Origin: Bispira polyomma
Taxonomy: Eukaryota
DNA: 64,000 nucleotides
NCBI GenBank assembly: GCA_965649765.1
Contig: OZ287755.1
Coordinates: 3,720,001 to 3,784,000 of the forward strand
Direction of reading: 5' to 3'
This document shows positions 12,868 through 25,505 of the stretch, one piece after another; position 1 is the first letter of the stretch, and every line of letters begins with the position of its first letter. Below the pieces are notes generated by a model that did no database searches, was not told the DNA's origin, and saw nothing but the letters and a program-made list of their open reading frames with translations. Made by a program: the position numbers and the translations under genes.

Positions 12868-13627
12868 ATGTGGTTTACTTGCCATATTTGTCACACCACC
12901 TTCAGCAGGAAGTCGAATTTAAAGAGACACCTCAAATCAAGACATCAGGAATACAGAATCCACTGTTCACTTTGTAAGAAGGCCTTCAGGAGACCTGATT
13001 ACTTAAAGAGGCACACATCTCAGTGCCCAAACAGACAAACAGATGTAATGTTCAAAAACATTTTAGAATGTGTTGACACAGAGGTTTATTCCCCGGATTT
13101 GTTCTCACAGGATGACATCTTGGATTTAGCGCTACACAATTCTTCAGCTCACAACCTGATGGACTGTGTTGTCACCACTGAAACCATTTCACATACCACC
13201 TGGGCGAGCAACTCAACCCAAACTAGACAAAACACACATGTGGGAGTGAATAGATCACCTGTTTTTATGAGGGAAAAGTCTACCCAGATAAACCCTCTGC
13301 TCAGTGGCTACCTCACCACATGTGCTGATGCTAGATGAACAACCTACTGCTTCTGATCCTATCATGACCTCCCCTCCAGCAACACCTGGAAAGGAGTTAC
13401 CTTGTTACTACACTACAGAGTACCTGAAGGAACATGACCACCTAGGACTTTCCCTTCCAGATTCTGTCCAGTTTGGGGACACTCTCAATCTAGAGGACCC
13501 TATACCGCCACAACAAACTAATTCCAGTCAGTGGGGCAACTTACCCTTGAACTCTAGTAGTAAAGAATTCCACCTATTAGAGTGTCTGGAAAACAGATGC
13601 ATGGATTTATTGGACAATATCTCATAA
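12868..13627 (+). CDS. PLE accessory protein: two N-terminal C2H2-type zinc fingers + Thr/Gln-rich region; one frameshift near 13310-13340
   Basis: CHICHTTFSRKSNLKRHLKSRH and CSLCKKAFRRPDYLKRHTSQC; intronless; homologue in copy 1. Confidence 0.85.
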
Positions 13628-14465
13628 TATAGGTATTATTTTTTTGAGTATCATACTATATTGGATGGATTACCATAGAATGATCCATTATACTATAAGC
13701 TTCAATTATTAAATTATTAGTATCTATATCCCTAATAGGGTTTTAATTATTAAAGTGAATATCTATTTTCTTTCTAATTACATTACTGCATATGTATATT
13801 CATTGGTGGATTATTCACACCACCTATTTAGGTTGTTTTCCTGTTTATACTTTATTAGTATTAAACCAATATGTACATGAAATACTAATTCTGTTCATTC
13901 CCTCCTGTGTCACCCTATCAATAGTTTGGTAGCTTTATTACTTATGTAGTCAACTACCTATAACTATAATAATATTCCCTTCCCTTATAGCTGAATATTA
14001 CTAATTAAGGTTACTATGTTTTACCCCACACTACAGTATACACAGTAACCTATTAGTACAGATCATTAGAGCCACCCCAAATTGTGGAGGCTCCCCTACT
14101 GGTCAACCAATATTACCCTAGTTATTAATGATTTGAATTTAGTAACACCACCAGCCATTACTGGTGGAATCACCACTAGAGCCACCTCAACATGTGGAGG
14201 CTCACCATTGGTCAACCCACTGGCAACCATAACAACTTTAAACACTCTGGTCAATCACATTTATTGTTACCTTTGTGTTCCCCACTATATGGACAAATAT
14301 CCCCAACCAGGATATCATTAATTCACCAGGACATGATCTATGGTCTCCACAATGATTACCTTTGAGTTAGAGCCCACTTAGAGCTCTGCTCCGCCCAGTT
14401 GCTCCGCCGGATCAGGCGGAGTCCATTTTTCCACCTTAAGGTTAAAAAAGGTGAATTTTTTTACA

Positions 14466-14508
14466 GCCTCTGATGAGAACACCCACTGGAGTTAATAATA
14501 TATAAGGC
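14466..14508 (+). ncRNA. Degenerate hammerhead ribozyme (GAAA and 5' arm of stem III missing)
   Basis: cagcctCTGATGAgaacacccactggagtt..aatataTAaggca has the same flanks as 4184-4250. Confidence 0.7.
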
Positions 14509-14609
14509 AGTCAGCTCACTCCTGTCACCTACACCAAGTTCAAATATACTCTTAGACAATATCTTAATACCAGTCTAAGAGAGTGTCACATTACCTGTGC
14601 AATCATTAA

Positions 14610-14742
14610 GTTTGATTTTGATCCACAAAACCACCAGCCAATAGAACAAAGGCCAAAGATAGTCCACACCGAGGATTACAGCCATGATCATCTTACCAGG
14701 ATTAAATTTAAGGAATGGCTGGGCCAAGGCAATTTTACCAAG
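14610..14742 (+). CDS. Kinase-like gene exon with Gly-rich loop (..IKFKEWLGQGNFTK); 5' boundary uncertain
   Basis: GxGxF motif, donor gtaaag at 14743, phase 0 into next exon. Confidence 0.7.
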
Positions 14743-14759
14743 GTAAAGTTTAAAGTAAG

Positions 14760-15150
14760 ATATACCAAGATAAGGTTATAGATAAATATGTGAAGTGAAT
14801 ACTATGGAAAGATATGACCACTTTAAACAACTACATTGTGATACAGAATCTGAAGTAAGGCATGATAGGGTAAAGCTACACTAACACAAAATTAAAACTG
14901 TAGTATGGAATATGATAGAGTATTAGTACTTTACCAATAGTCGTTATGAGACCTAGCATGGATATAGACAGTGTGATGGGAAGGTAAAACTAATGTAACA
15001 AATGGTAAGGTGAACTAAATGGTGGCGACACAAGTTAAAACAACAGGACACCATGGTATGATAAAGCTACACTCCACGGGTGGTATATGACAAGGTAGAC
15101 CTCAGATTGAGATATGCCAAGTTCAACCCGTAGGATAGTATGGTAGAATA
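14760..15150. repeat. Degenerate ~38-bp tandem repeat
   Basis: Recurrent (g)atatgat..ggtaaagctacact. Confidence 0.5.
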
Positions 15151-15580
15151 AGAGTATAGCAAAACACTGACATACAAGTGGAGACATGTGACACCCTAAA
15201 ACAATGAACTAATATTTTACTTCGTTAATTCAAATATTTTATATCACTCCACATGTGTAGGGTTTGTATATGTTCATTAACTAAGACTATTAAGTTTATG
15301 CTGACTTCCTAACCTGTGTGGGATCTCACGTCAGTATGAATCATTTTCTTAAAAGGCTCTATTGGCTACCTATCAAGTACCACATGATGATCAAGACCAA
15401 TGTCACTACATACAAAGCTCTAAACCTTTTGTTAAGCCTGGCTTAACAGGAAAAACAGAATTTTAGTCTCTTTCACATCAATTAAGCGCTTTAAAAATGT
15501 ATCCGAAAGTCTAAAATATATAACAAAGATCATTATGTTGTTCTTGTATAAAAGAGTCCCTTTTTACAATATCACACTAG

Positions 15581-15637
15581 GTGGCACAAGTGGAAATGCA
15601 GTCCAGAAAACAATATGCTATTAAAATGATACGCATG
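15581..15637 (+). CDS. Kinase-like exon, subdomain II (VAQVEMQSRKQYAIKMIRM)
   Basis: ag acceptor at 15579-80, AIK lysine motif, gtgggg donor. Confidence 0.7.
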
Positions 15638-15849
15638 GTGGGGCTGCTGTCAGATTTAACTGATCTCAATGGACAAAGCCGCTGGATTGGAAAATTCCTT
15701 GACTGGAGGGAAGAAGTTACATTTGATTACCGACTTCGCCAGATTGAACATGAAAAGCAGTCAATGATCAAGAGCAAATCGAACTGTTTTTCTACACCCT
15801 TGAGGGCAACATTCAAAAATGAGATGAGTGTTATCAAGATATACAACGA

Positions 15850-16850
15850 TAATCAGGTTTAACGGCTATATATAAGAGTATCTAAAACCCTGCTTGTTAT
15901 TGCTGGTCGATTTTGAAAAAGCTTTTGATTCAGTTTCATGGAAATTTCTGTATGAAGTGTCACACATGTTTGATTTTGACACTGATTTTATAAATTGAAT
16001 TAAACTTTTCAATACTAATATTATTGCTTATGTACTACAATGTGGTGTTACGTCTGACCCTATATCTATAGAAAGGGAATGTGCACAGTGTTATTCCTTC
16101 TTGCAGGTGGAATTTTAACCATATTAATTTTAAAAATATTGATATTAACGCCATAGCAATAGGAAACCTAACAATTAAACTTACACCATTTGCAGATGAC
16201 ACCACCTTAATACTAGATAGTAGATGTTCTTTGCAAGCAGCTTGAAAACACCAGAGTTATATTAGTTGTTAATTTATCTGGCTTAGGAATAAATAAAAAA
16301 AGTAAGGTCTTTGGTTGGGCAGTAAAAAGCTTTCGAAATATAAGTTAAATGTTTCATTTATTTCTAATTTAAATAATATGCCATCTATAAATTATGATAA
16401 GATGTTTCAAAGGAAAAATATTCTCAATTCTGGGAAGTACACGATACTAACACATATAGGAAAAATTACTGATGTTTTTATCCAATGAAAATTCCACCAT
16501 AAATTTTTAACAATTCCTGTACATAAAAGTCTGGTTTGAAAAATCAATGAAACTAAGCTGGCTGAGAAACATTATCTGTGAAAAGCAAAACATATGCTGT
16601 ACACTTCTTCATGACACTTTTTAGTAATTCAAAAAATAAAATATATAATTAAAGTTTGTCTAAAAGAGACATTAACACATTAGGGGATATAATAGGTCCA
16701 AATGGTAAAATAATAGGTCTAGAAGATCTAAATCCAACATTAACTTTATGAATTACTATACAGTAATTCATTAGTTTATATGTAAATAGTAACAAACAGG
16801 GGTACAACCATATATTTCATTTCACATTATCAAGATTAATCAGTTACACA
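15850..16850 (+). mobile_element. Decayed non-LTR retrotransposon RT (L1/Tx1-like) in kinase intron
   Basis: LLVDFEKAFDSVSWKFL at ~15900, FADDTT at ~16190; many stops. Confidence 0.75.
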
Positions 16851-16914
16851 AAAGGTGTATAAAAGATGGATTTCTTACATTAGAGTGGTCACCTGCTAAG
16901 TTTGTAATTTCTTA

Positions 16915-18339
16915 TGGTCTGGTCACACCTACACATGCTATCATCCCACAACGTAGCAAAGCAATATAACTAACAACGTAGTAGTTTTGTGTCAAAGTGA
17001 CGTCATTTTTATAAAGGTGGAGTCGATTGTGATGTTTTGTGATGATGTTGGTGACATTTTGTGACGATGTTGTTACATTTACACACAGAGCGAGGTAGAA
17101 ATTCGTGAAACACTTTACTGGTAGGATATCGCTACCTACTGTTAGGTAGAGCTAATTACGGCTGCGTTGTGTAATTTTGGTAGTGGACTAAACAGAGACG
17201 TTTTCTGAACGATATAATCTATTAAGCAGCATCACAAAACAAACACACCAGGAATTCTCACATTGGCATTGCCTTCTACTATACTGTTTATACTAACTTT
17301 CAAAACAACTGAAAAACTCAAACACATGTAGCCCCAGCACATGTAGGTGTAAAACCCTAGTCACAAGGCATTTCAAATTCTCATTTCGTCTCTGTTACTT
17401 CTGCTGCGACAATTGTTTCAAACTGTTTGAAACTATTGTGTCAAAGCTCCCATTTCTCCACATTTTTCTGTTCGCTCCGGAATGTTTCCGAAAGTAGCAT
17501 AGACGTATCAGTAAATAGCTCTACGTAATAGTAGGTAGTGAGGAAATCCCAGTAAGTAGTGAGATCGTCTCCAATCGTTTCCATTAGTCGAGAAACGTTT
17601 CTCTAAGTAGCAGAAGCCAACAGAACGCACCAGTAAGTAGCAGTAGAGTAGATCTCCGTAGTAGAAGGTAGTGATATTGCACCAGTAAAGTGTTCGATTT
17701 TTGCCTCCGCTCCGTATGTATAAGTACAAACATTGTCATGAAACGTCACCATCGACTATCCCTTTATAAAAATGATCTTTGCTTGTCTGTAAAAGCCAGG
17801 TAACACCTACACATGTTGGAGCTACATGTGTGTGACGTTTTGAAATGTAGTAAAACGTAATGCAAAAGTGAAGATCCCTGCCGTGTTCGTTACGTGACGT
17901 TTCTTAATGGATGAAATGTCTCAGTTTAGTATACTGCCACGATTGCTTCAAACTGTTTGATATAATCGTAACATAGTTCTACATTTCTCGAGGATGTCTT
18001 CACTCGTCTGTATAAGTAGCATAACGAAGCATAACATAGCATAACATAACAGTGAGTAGCAGTAAGTAACTATGTCTGTGTTAGTAGTGGATCGTTTCAC
18101 TAAGAAGCATAACACAGCCGAGTAACATACCAGCAAGTATATTAGCTGCATGTAGTAGTAGGTGGGGATATCATACCAGTGAAGTGATTTTTGCCCCCAC
18201 TTTGTGTGTATAAGTACCAACATTGTCACAAAAACGTCACAAAACGTCACAATCAACTGCACCTTCGTGAAAATGACGTCACTTTGACACAAAGCTACCA
18301 CGTTGTGGGACGTTAGCATGGGTAGGTGTGACTAGACTA
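16915..18339. mobile_element. Composite PIF/Harbinger-type non-autonomous element(s)
   Basis: TIRs tggtctggtcacacctac / gtaggtgtgactagacta flanked by TTA; internal TIR copies at ~17340 and ~17795; same family as 43222-44366. Confidence 0.75.
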
Positions 18340-18817
18340 TTAAACAGGACTGTCATATTTCAGTTAGCCAGAATTAGAAAATTAAAACTCACCAAGATGA
18401 TGTTATGTTGATGTTATATATAGTTTTATATTTTACTATTTCCTTTAAACATTTATAAATTAGACAAGTGTGACTTACATACTCACACCATGTTATAAGT
18501 CAATCTGAATCACTAGAGAGGTTTTATGCTAAATTTGCATCTCTTTATACTTCAAACGTTACCACAAGAGATACGTTTGCAGAGATACGTTAGACATCAA
18601 AGAAGTTGATGTTTTGTTGTACATTAGTAAATACAGTTAAAATTGTAACCTATAAATAGACACAGAGAAGCTGATTGGCTTTGTCTTGTGCTGTAAAAAT
18701 GACCGTCGTATAATTACATAGACTTAAAAACTGAAACTCAGCTAGATTATCCTATTAATTACAAGGCCAGCGGTTAATGCTTTTAAATACAATTTCTATA
18801 TTGTTCCAACCTTTCAG

Positions 18818-18972
18818 ACACACTTATTTCTGATTATGGATTGGATGACAGGCGGCGACCTCTTCAGCTACTTTCGGGCAAGAGGAAGGCTGCCAGAAAA
18901 GAAGGTCAAGCGAATAATGGCTGAAGTCATCTGTGGACTGGAGGCGATTCATAGCTAGGGTTTAGTGCACAG
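18818..18972 (+). CDS. Kinase-like exon (THLFLIMDWMTGGDLF..EAIHS*GLVHR), in-frame TAG at 18956-18958
   Basis: GGDLF hinge motif, canonical ag/gt. Confidence 0.88.
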
Positions 18973-19781
18973 GTATGCTGTGTAGGTGCTGATCTATGTG
19001 GCCATCATTTATTTTTTCCCCATAGTGGCGGCATAGTTGGTAATGTAAAGTACTACTTTAAGTAGCCCACCATCTGTTTTTAGCCGTTTCAGAGTATTTT
19101 TGTATTACTGCCTTTTGCAGATTGTTCCTGTACAAAACAGTTGATCATTTGTATTTTCAAGGTCTAACACTGTGTGCTGGTGTGGTGCGTCGGTGGGGGT
19201 TTGGGGGGTAGGGGGTATATGATTTTTTTTTGTATAATTTGTTCTTAAATTATTCCTACAGATAGCACATGGAAACCAGATAGAATTCATCTTCTATAAT
19301 ATGCAAATTTTATTGCTGACAAAATACACTATCTTATGTGATATCAGATGTTGCAGTGTCTTCAACACTCCCTCACCATTATTTTTTGCAATGTTTTAGC
19401 TTTGATAAATTATTTATTTTGCTGTTTTTCTATTCCATTCTGCATAGAACTGTCTTTTCAGCTTTGCTTAAACTGTGACAAAACCACTTGAAATGTAAAC
19501 ACCATCCAACATCTTAAAGAATAATGAGACAATTCAGTAAATACATAAACTTACTGGACCTAAAAACAGCACTTGGAACTGAAATTTTGAGTGATCACTT
19601 GTATTTACTGAAAGTTTTAGTGAACACCCATATTACTGATTTTGCATATTTACTGTAACATATATATATAACAGTATATACATGTCTATGTATGTGTTAT
19701 CTGTGAGATATACCTAGATTGGTTTCTGTTTTTGTCTTGTACTACCACATAACTGATTCAAGCTATTCTTTTTCTGCACAG

Positions 19782-19920
19782 AAACCTGAACCTGGGGAAT
19801 ATCCTCATCAATGAATTTGGACACATCAGGATGTCTGACTATGGTCTGTCGTGTCCAGCAAAATACATGCAGCCACACATCGTGCAAGGGGTCGGGAACC
19901 CCTATTTTTTAGCTCCAGAG
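19782..19920 (+). CDS. Kinase-like exon (NLNLGNILINEFGHIRMSDYGLS..GNPYFLAPE)
   Basis: Subdomains VIb-VIII, phase 2 matches previous exon, gtaag donor. Confidence 0.9.
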
Positions 19921-20627
19921 GTAAGACAATTTGTGGTGTTTCACACTTTTAGTTCAAGACATAAAAGTTACTAGACCGAATTCTCTGCCACCAAAACAGC
20001 TGTGTTTTTACTGATGTGGCTGTTAGTGACAGATCAGATACCATAAGCACAACTCAAAAATTCTGACACGGCAGCTTATAATGATCTTTTCAACGGGAGA
20101 TATATAGAAATATATTCCATTAATCAAGTACATTTGTACTTTTAGTTTGGCCATAAATTATAATATTGTGTACGGCTATTGTATGAATCATAATATAACC
20201 ACAGACTAAATAAATAGATGATATTTTTTGTTACGGTGCAGTATCCGATTTGTTGACTTTTGTTTTTGCTAACCACTCTGCCATTCGTACCATCAGTAAA
20301 TCAAAGCATCAGCGAGGACAGTAGACTCGGTCTTATCAGTCACAGACTTGCCATTAGCAAAATATATCTTCATCACTACAGTCAGTTCAAGTGGTTGCCA
20401 CACATATGCGATCTTAGCTCACGACCGTTTCTGCAGAAATACCAGCTATCTGTTAAAATATACAATGTCTCTATATACAGATACATGAAGTTTTCACAGA
20501 AATACGAGCTCTTTGGTAAAGTATGTCTGAACATATAGCAAAGTAACAACCGAGTTTTTTTGCCACCGTTTCCTGGCACCGGTCTATTTGTATTGTAATA
20601 TCAATCTTTTGGTGGTCACAATTTTAG

Positions 20628-20834
20628 GCTATGGAGGGCAAACAACTCGACAAAGGCGTAGACTTTTGGGCACTGGGAATCTGCCTATATATGCTGTTAA
20701 ATGGTTTTGATCCATTTGTTCCGAAAAGAATAGATGCAAACTACAATACCAAGGTCATAAAGATGGTCACCCAGAAAACACCTAAAAGAAGTGTCTTTTT
20801 CCTGAGTAGGAACGCCAAAAGAATGATCTCTGGT
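20628..20834 (+). CDS. Kinase-like exon (VDFWALGICLYMLLNGFDPF..)
   Basis: Subdomain IX, canonical splice sites. Confidence 0.9.
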
Positions 20835-21985
20835 GTAAGTATTGTATTGTCAAACTTATGCATACCTAGCTCATGTATACTCAACTCATATACCTTTAGC
20901 TGTTATTAAACTGAAAAGATGTTACAGATTTTTAAATTGTCTAACTTCATGCCTGAAGTGCAATATATTTTACAAAATTGTTAAAATCGTAGTTCATTTC
21001 AAATGCAATTCATGATCAGGGAGGTGATGTGGACATGAAAGATTTCTATGGACCGTAAGTCAGAAAAAAAAGAGATTTCTGGGATCTTATATTGGCTGGT
21101 AATTTGTAATGGTCTTGCAATAGATAAGGCATAGGATCTAATCCATTTACTGGTTCTGTTATCTGGGACAGTGATTCAGTTCCCCTATCAAAGACCGCAA
21201 TAAGGCAAGATATGGGGGCTGGTCTTGAAGATTGTACAATACTTGCTTATTGGTAGCTAATCAAGCCTTTTGAGAAATAGCAGTCAGATTGACGTGTAAT
21301 CCAACACGGCATACAAGCGCTAATCAACCTTTTGATCATCATCAGCTGTCATTTAGTATATTGTCCTGTACCTGGTATGCATCATGCTAGAATGGCAGGT
21401 CCTCTGTGTGGTTAATAGGCTTTTAAGACTGCTCACGAAAGGACACAACTTTTTTTTTAGAGATTTCTCCAATTGGAATGTTGTGCAGTGTATTGTAGTG
21501 CTGGGACTAGTCGAAATAATAAATGTATATTAGGCAGAGTAGCGCAATTAACAAGAGTAAAACTTGTGGGCACAATTGATTGATTGAAGTGTGGATATTT
21601 CTAAAAAACCTAAATTATTGTGAAGGTGTAATATGAGTTGTAATTTACTGGCAGTAGGTATTTGTGGCTCCAAAATTGTTGTTGAAAAAAGCAAAAGTTA
21701 ACCTTCTGCACTTCTAATATAGAACAAATCCCTATCAACCGTGATAACACATACACTGTTACATGGACAGAAGTAGTGGTATATATATAAACCAGCTTGA
21801 TGTATGCATAACACAGCTGACGACAACAGATGTTAATTTTAGCTATTTGTGCAAAATATATATACATATATTGTAAACGCCAAATATTTCTTACATAAAC
21901 TGAATCAATGGAATCTATGTGAGACTACTATGTGTTTACTTAAAAGATGTATATTAGTTGTACACAGTTTTGTTTATGTCTCTAG

Positions 21986-22129
21986 CTACTGCAGAAAAAT
22001 CCTCAAGAGCGCATAGGAACTGCAACGACAAAGAATGGATGGTTCCGTAATGTCAACTGGGATGACGTTGAGAAGCAGAAATTGAAGCCCATATTTCTGC
22101 GAGGGAAATATTCAGAGGAGCAGGAATAG
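21986..22129 (+). CDS. Kinase-like terminal exon (LLQKNPQERIG..WFRNVNWDDVEKQKLKP)
   Basis: Subdomain XI plus start of AGC C-tail; stop TAG 22127-22129. Confidence 0.88.
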   Translation, partial: LLQKNPQERIGTATTKNGWFRNVNWDDVEKQKLKPIFLRGKYSEEQE

Positions 22130-24509
22130 AATAAGCTTGTTGTGCCCACAACCCTAATGTTTAATGGTTAATTTTGTATGAACTGATGCCATTATATCGC
22201 CCACTGTAGTGTACTTGGTGATACTGTTGCTTTAGATCTAGTCTCATTCAGACATGACTCCTTCATAGCAGCAAAACAAATCATAGTGGCCCCACTCAAG
22301 TCATACAAATGCCCTGCCCAGCTGAGATATGTTAAAACAAAACTATGACAAAGTGCCGCAGAAATGACATGTGCGTTTACTAACGCACAATAATGATAAA
22401 CAAAAACATAATGGACAATACTGAACACCCACTAATCACAACAAAAGTTCACTCTTATGTAGATATATAAACCCTACATCTACATAGGTGGAAGGTGAAT
22501 GTTTTTCTACTTTATCAGTGATAACTCTTCTCTTCTATTTAGTATTCTATTGTATTTTTGGTGTTTCACCCACTTTTTTGATACCAGGTATGTTCTAAAT
22601 TGCAACAACAGGACCAATTAGCCACTCAAGCATTAAAAAAACATAGGTCATAACGCAGAAGGCAGTGGGTGTGAATTATGAAGGATAAGCAAATTTGAAA
22701 AGACTGGGTTTAAGATTTTACCTAAAGTAAGAAATGTTATAGTTGGTTAATTAACTTAGTCTTACATTTAATGTTTAGTAGTTACATGCGTATTTACTGT
22801 TGAAGTGAACTTCTGTCTGACGACAGAGAGAATCTGTTTGTATTTACTATTGAAGTAGGACTTCTGTCTCTTGCAACAGTGAGAATTTATTTGCATAACA
22901 GAAGGTTTACAAAAAAAAAGAAGGAAAAAAAAATTGTTATAAAAATAGCAACTTTGAAAAAACAAATTACCCAATGCAAATATCTGCGTAACACTGGTTC
23001 AGTGGTTAGAACCCTGTAGTACTTATTATCCGGTAGTGTAACCCTATTTATTAATAGTTAGTAATTCATCCAATGTAATCAAACTTTAATAGTGCCTAAT
23101 CTTCATTAAAATGATTTCTATAGCATACTTACACCATTATCATGTTGAAGTCTTGTAACGTCCTTTAGCGGAAGGTGATCCGATCCAAAGGGATGCTGGA
23201 ATGAATATGTAACTAAGGAGGCAAAGCCTTTGCAAACATAATTTTGCTTCTATAATAATTTGCTTCTAAGAAATAACACAGTAGGAACAACACAAACTTC
23301 ATGGGACAGACTGTTCCATAACTTTGGTGCATTGTGGGAGAAACTGTGATCAAAATGAGTTTTGCTTTAATGAAATTAAGAAGAGTAGAATGGAACCTGA
23401 AGAAAAAACCTCATTAGTGTTATGCAGCATCTTGTCCTGGCTTGACATGTGTATCGAGACAAATATGGGCTGCAATAAAGTGGGAGTCGTGTGTGTAAAA
23501 ATGTATAGAGTAATGCAGCCTTATAAACCCTGTAGTACTTGTATATTATCAAGTACTGACCCTATATCGTATTTTGTTTGCAGCCCATAGACCTACAAGA
23601 ACGTATTGCTGGGGGACAAACCCCACAGGAGTGGCTAAAGGACACCATGGCAGAAGACAAAAAACATGTGTTTGGTCTTAAAGCCCATCAGTATTTGTTG
23701 AAGAATTTTAATTGGCAGTATGATGACCAATTCTTCACATAAACATCAAACATTTATATTCAAACTGTTTCTTTTTTTACATTTTATTCTCTCTCTCTTT
23801 CTATCTTTTTTGATATTGGTAATAATTTTTGTTCTTAGGGATTATTACTTTTACTTTTAAAGATTGTTACTTTTGATACAAATGAACTTTAAGATAAAAC
23901 AATTAATCAGAGCAAAATTCTAGCATTAATAGTGGACCATGCAAATTCAGCATCTTGAAGTAGGTCAAAGACAAGTTGGACAGACCTACTTCCTATTACT
24001 GGAAAAACATCACATGCTGATAAGCGTGTTTGTCAAAATAACTTTTGAAGTACTATACAAATAGGCAGCCCAAGGTCATTTGTGATATTAAGATCACTGG
24101 TTTGTTTAAGGCTTTTGCATGGGCAAATTCACAAAAATCGAGGTATGAATGTAACAACCATGAATAATGGTTTTATACTATGTTAGGCAATAGATATATA
24201 GCCGGTTACTAGGTCTCTTTTGTTTCAGTTTTTGGGGTATAAGTATGTTGCGTCTATGGAGCTATTTATAAAAGGTTGATGCTGATGTCAAACATATATT
24301 TGCATATTATATATTATGTCAGCTGAAGTAACAAATGTTGAAACTAAACTCTTGTAATCCCATTGGATCCATTTTTGTACATATTGTAGCAGTTTTATAA
24401 ATACATATGACCGGGATTGAGTACAGAGTTGTTAATAATAGGGAAAATAAACTGCATAGCATTTGATATGTTTTATTTATTTTGCAGTAGTAATTTTATC
24501 TTTTGGTGG

Positions 24510-24820
24510 CCTTATTTTGTATCGCCTGACTTATTTTGTATCAACAGTTAACTTAAGTTGTATCAACAATTGACTTTTTTTTTGTATTACCTGCCCCATT
24601 TTCTATCATTAGTCGACTTAAGTTGTATCAATATTTGATTTATTCTGTATCACTTGCATGATTTTGTATCAACAGCTTACCAGTATGAATCAACAATTGA
24701 CTTATTCTGTATCTTATTTAAAATTATATTTGCTCTATATTGTATTAACAGCTTACTTATTCTGTATCACCTGACTTATTTTGTATCAGCAGTATCACCA
24801 GACTTATTTTGTATCACCCC
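24510..24820. repeat. Minisatellite, ~19-23-bp unit
   Basis: Recurrent gacttattttgtatca(acag). Confidence 0.8.
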
Positions 24821-25253
24821 CCCCCCCCCATGTTTTTTGGGGGAAATGACCTGTCAGCATTACTCAAAGATGACTTGTAGATTCTACTCTGATATGAATT
24901 AGCTATCGCAAGTTTTTGTAATGGAAACTATACAAGCAGCTTCAATAGATCTTTACGCCCCTGAATATGCTCTCAATTCAGGGACAAACTTGGTTGCCTT
25001 TAACCAACAATTCCCTCATAAGTATGGCAAGTGGGCCTAATTTTGGCTAGTTCACTTAAATACCCAACTATAGATCAATTAAATAGAACCAGAAGTATTT
25101 CTGAAATATTACTTTATCTAGAATAATAACCATTCTTTACCATTAACATTCTTGTACAGTTTTCGGACAACGTAATAAGGGACTTCCTTGTCAGAAATAT
25201 ATGTAACATTTTTTAAGGAGCTAAGCTACTATCTGGGCTGCTGTATGCAATAA

Positions 25254-25505
25254 GGGGCCCCGATGGTTAGCAAGCTTTGTGCTTCACAATTAGTGGTCTT
25301 TCACCTCATGAGGTCGAATGGTCGCAAGTTTGCCTACCGTCGATGTCTATGTGGGAAAGGTTGTAGTTCCTTACTGTGGGCTGCTGGTTTCCACGCAGAA
25401 CCTTGATCAACTGTATGCAGTGCTTTCTCCAGCGTTGCAACTATTCGTTCCAATATAACCTAACTAAAATGTACCAGAGTGGACGTTAAATATGCAAATC
25501 CAAAT
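25254..25505 (+). mobile_element. tRNA-derived SINE (same family as 54190-54445)
   Basis: Shared body tatgtgggaaaggt..gtagttcct..aaccttgatcaactgtatgcagtg..gtggacgttaaatat. Confidence 0.8.

Larger units (their letters stand above)
10310..14560 (+). mobile_element. Penelope-like retroelement copy 2 (Neptune-type), 5'-truncated; right end approximate
   Basis: RT, Cys linker, GIY-YIG, accessory ZnF ORF and hammerhead remnant all collinear on +. Confidence 0.92.

Noticed and set aside
15638-15862. Remainder of ORF 15581-15862 as kinase coding
   Set aside because: No kinase motifs after IRM; reads into intron/LINE remnant
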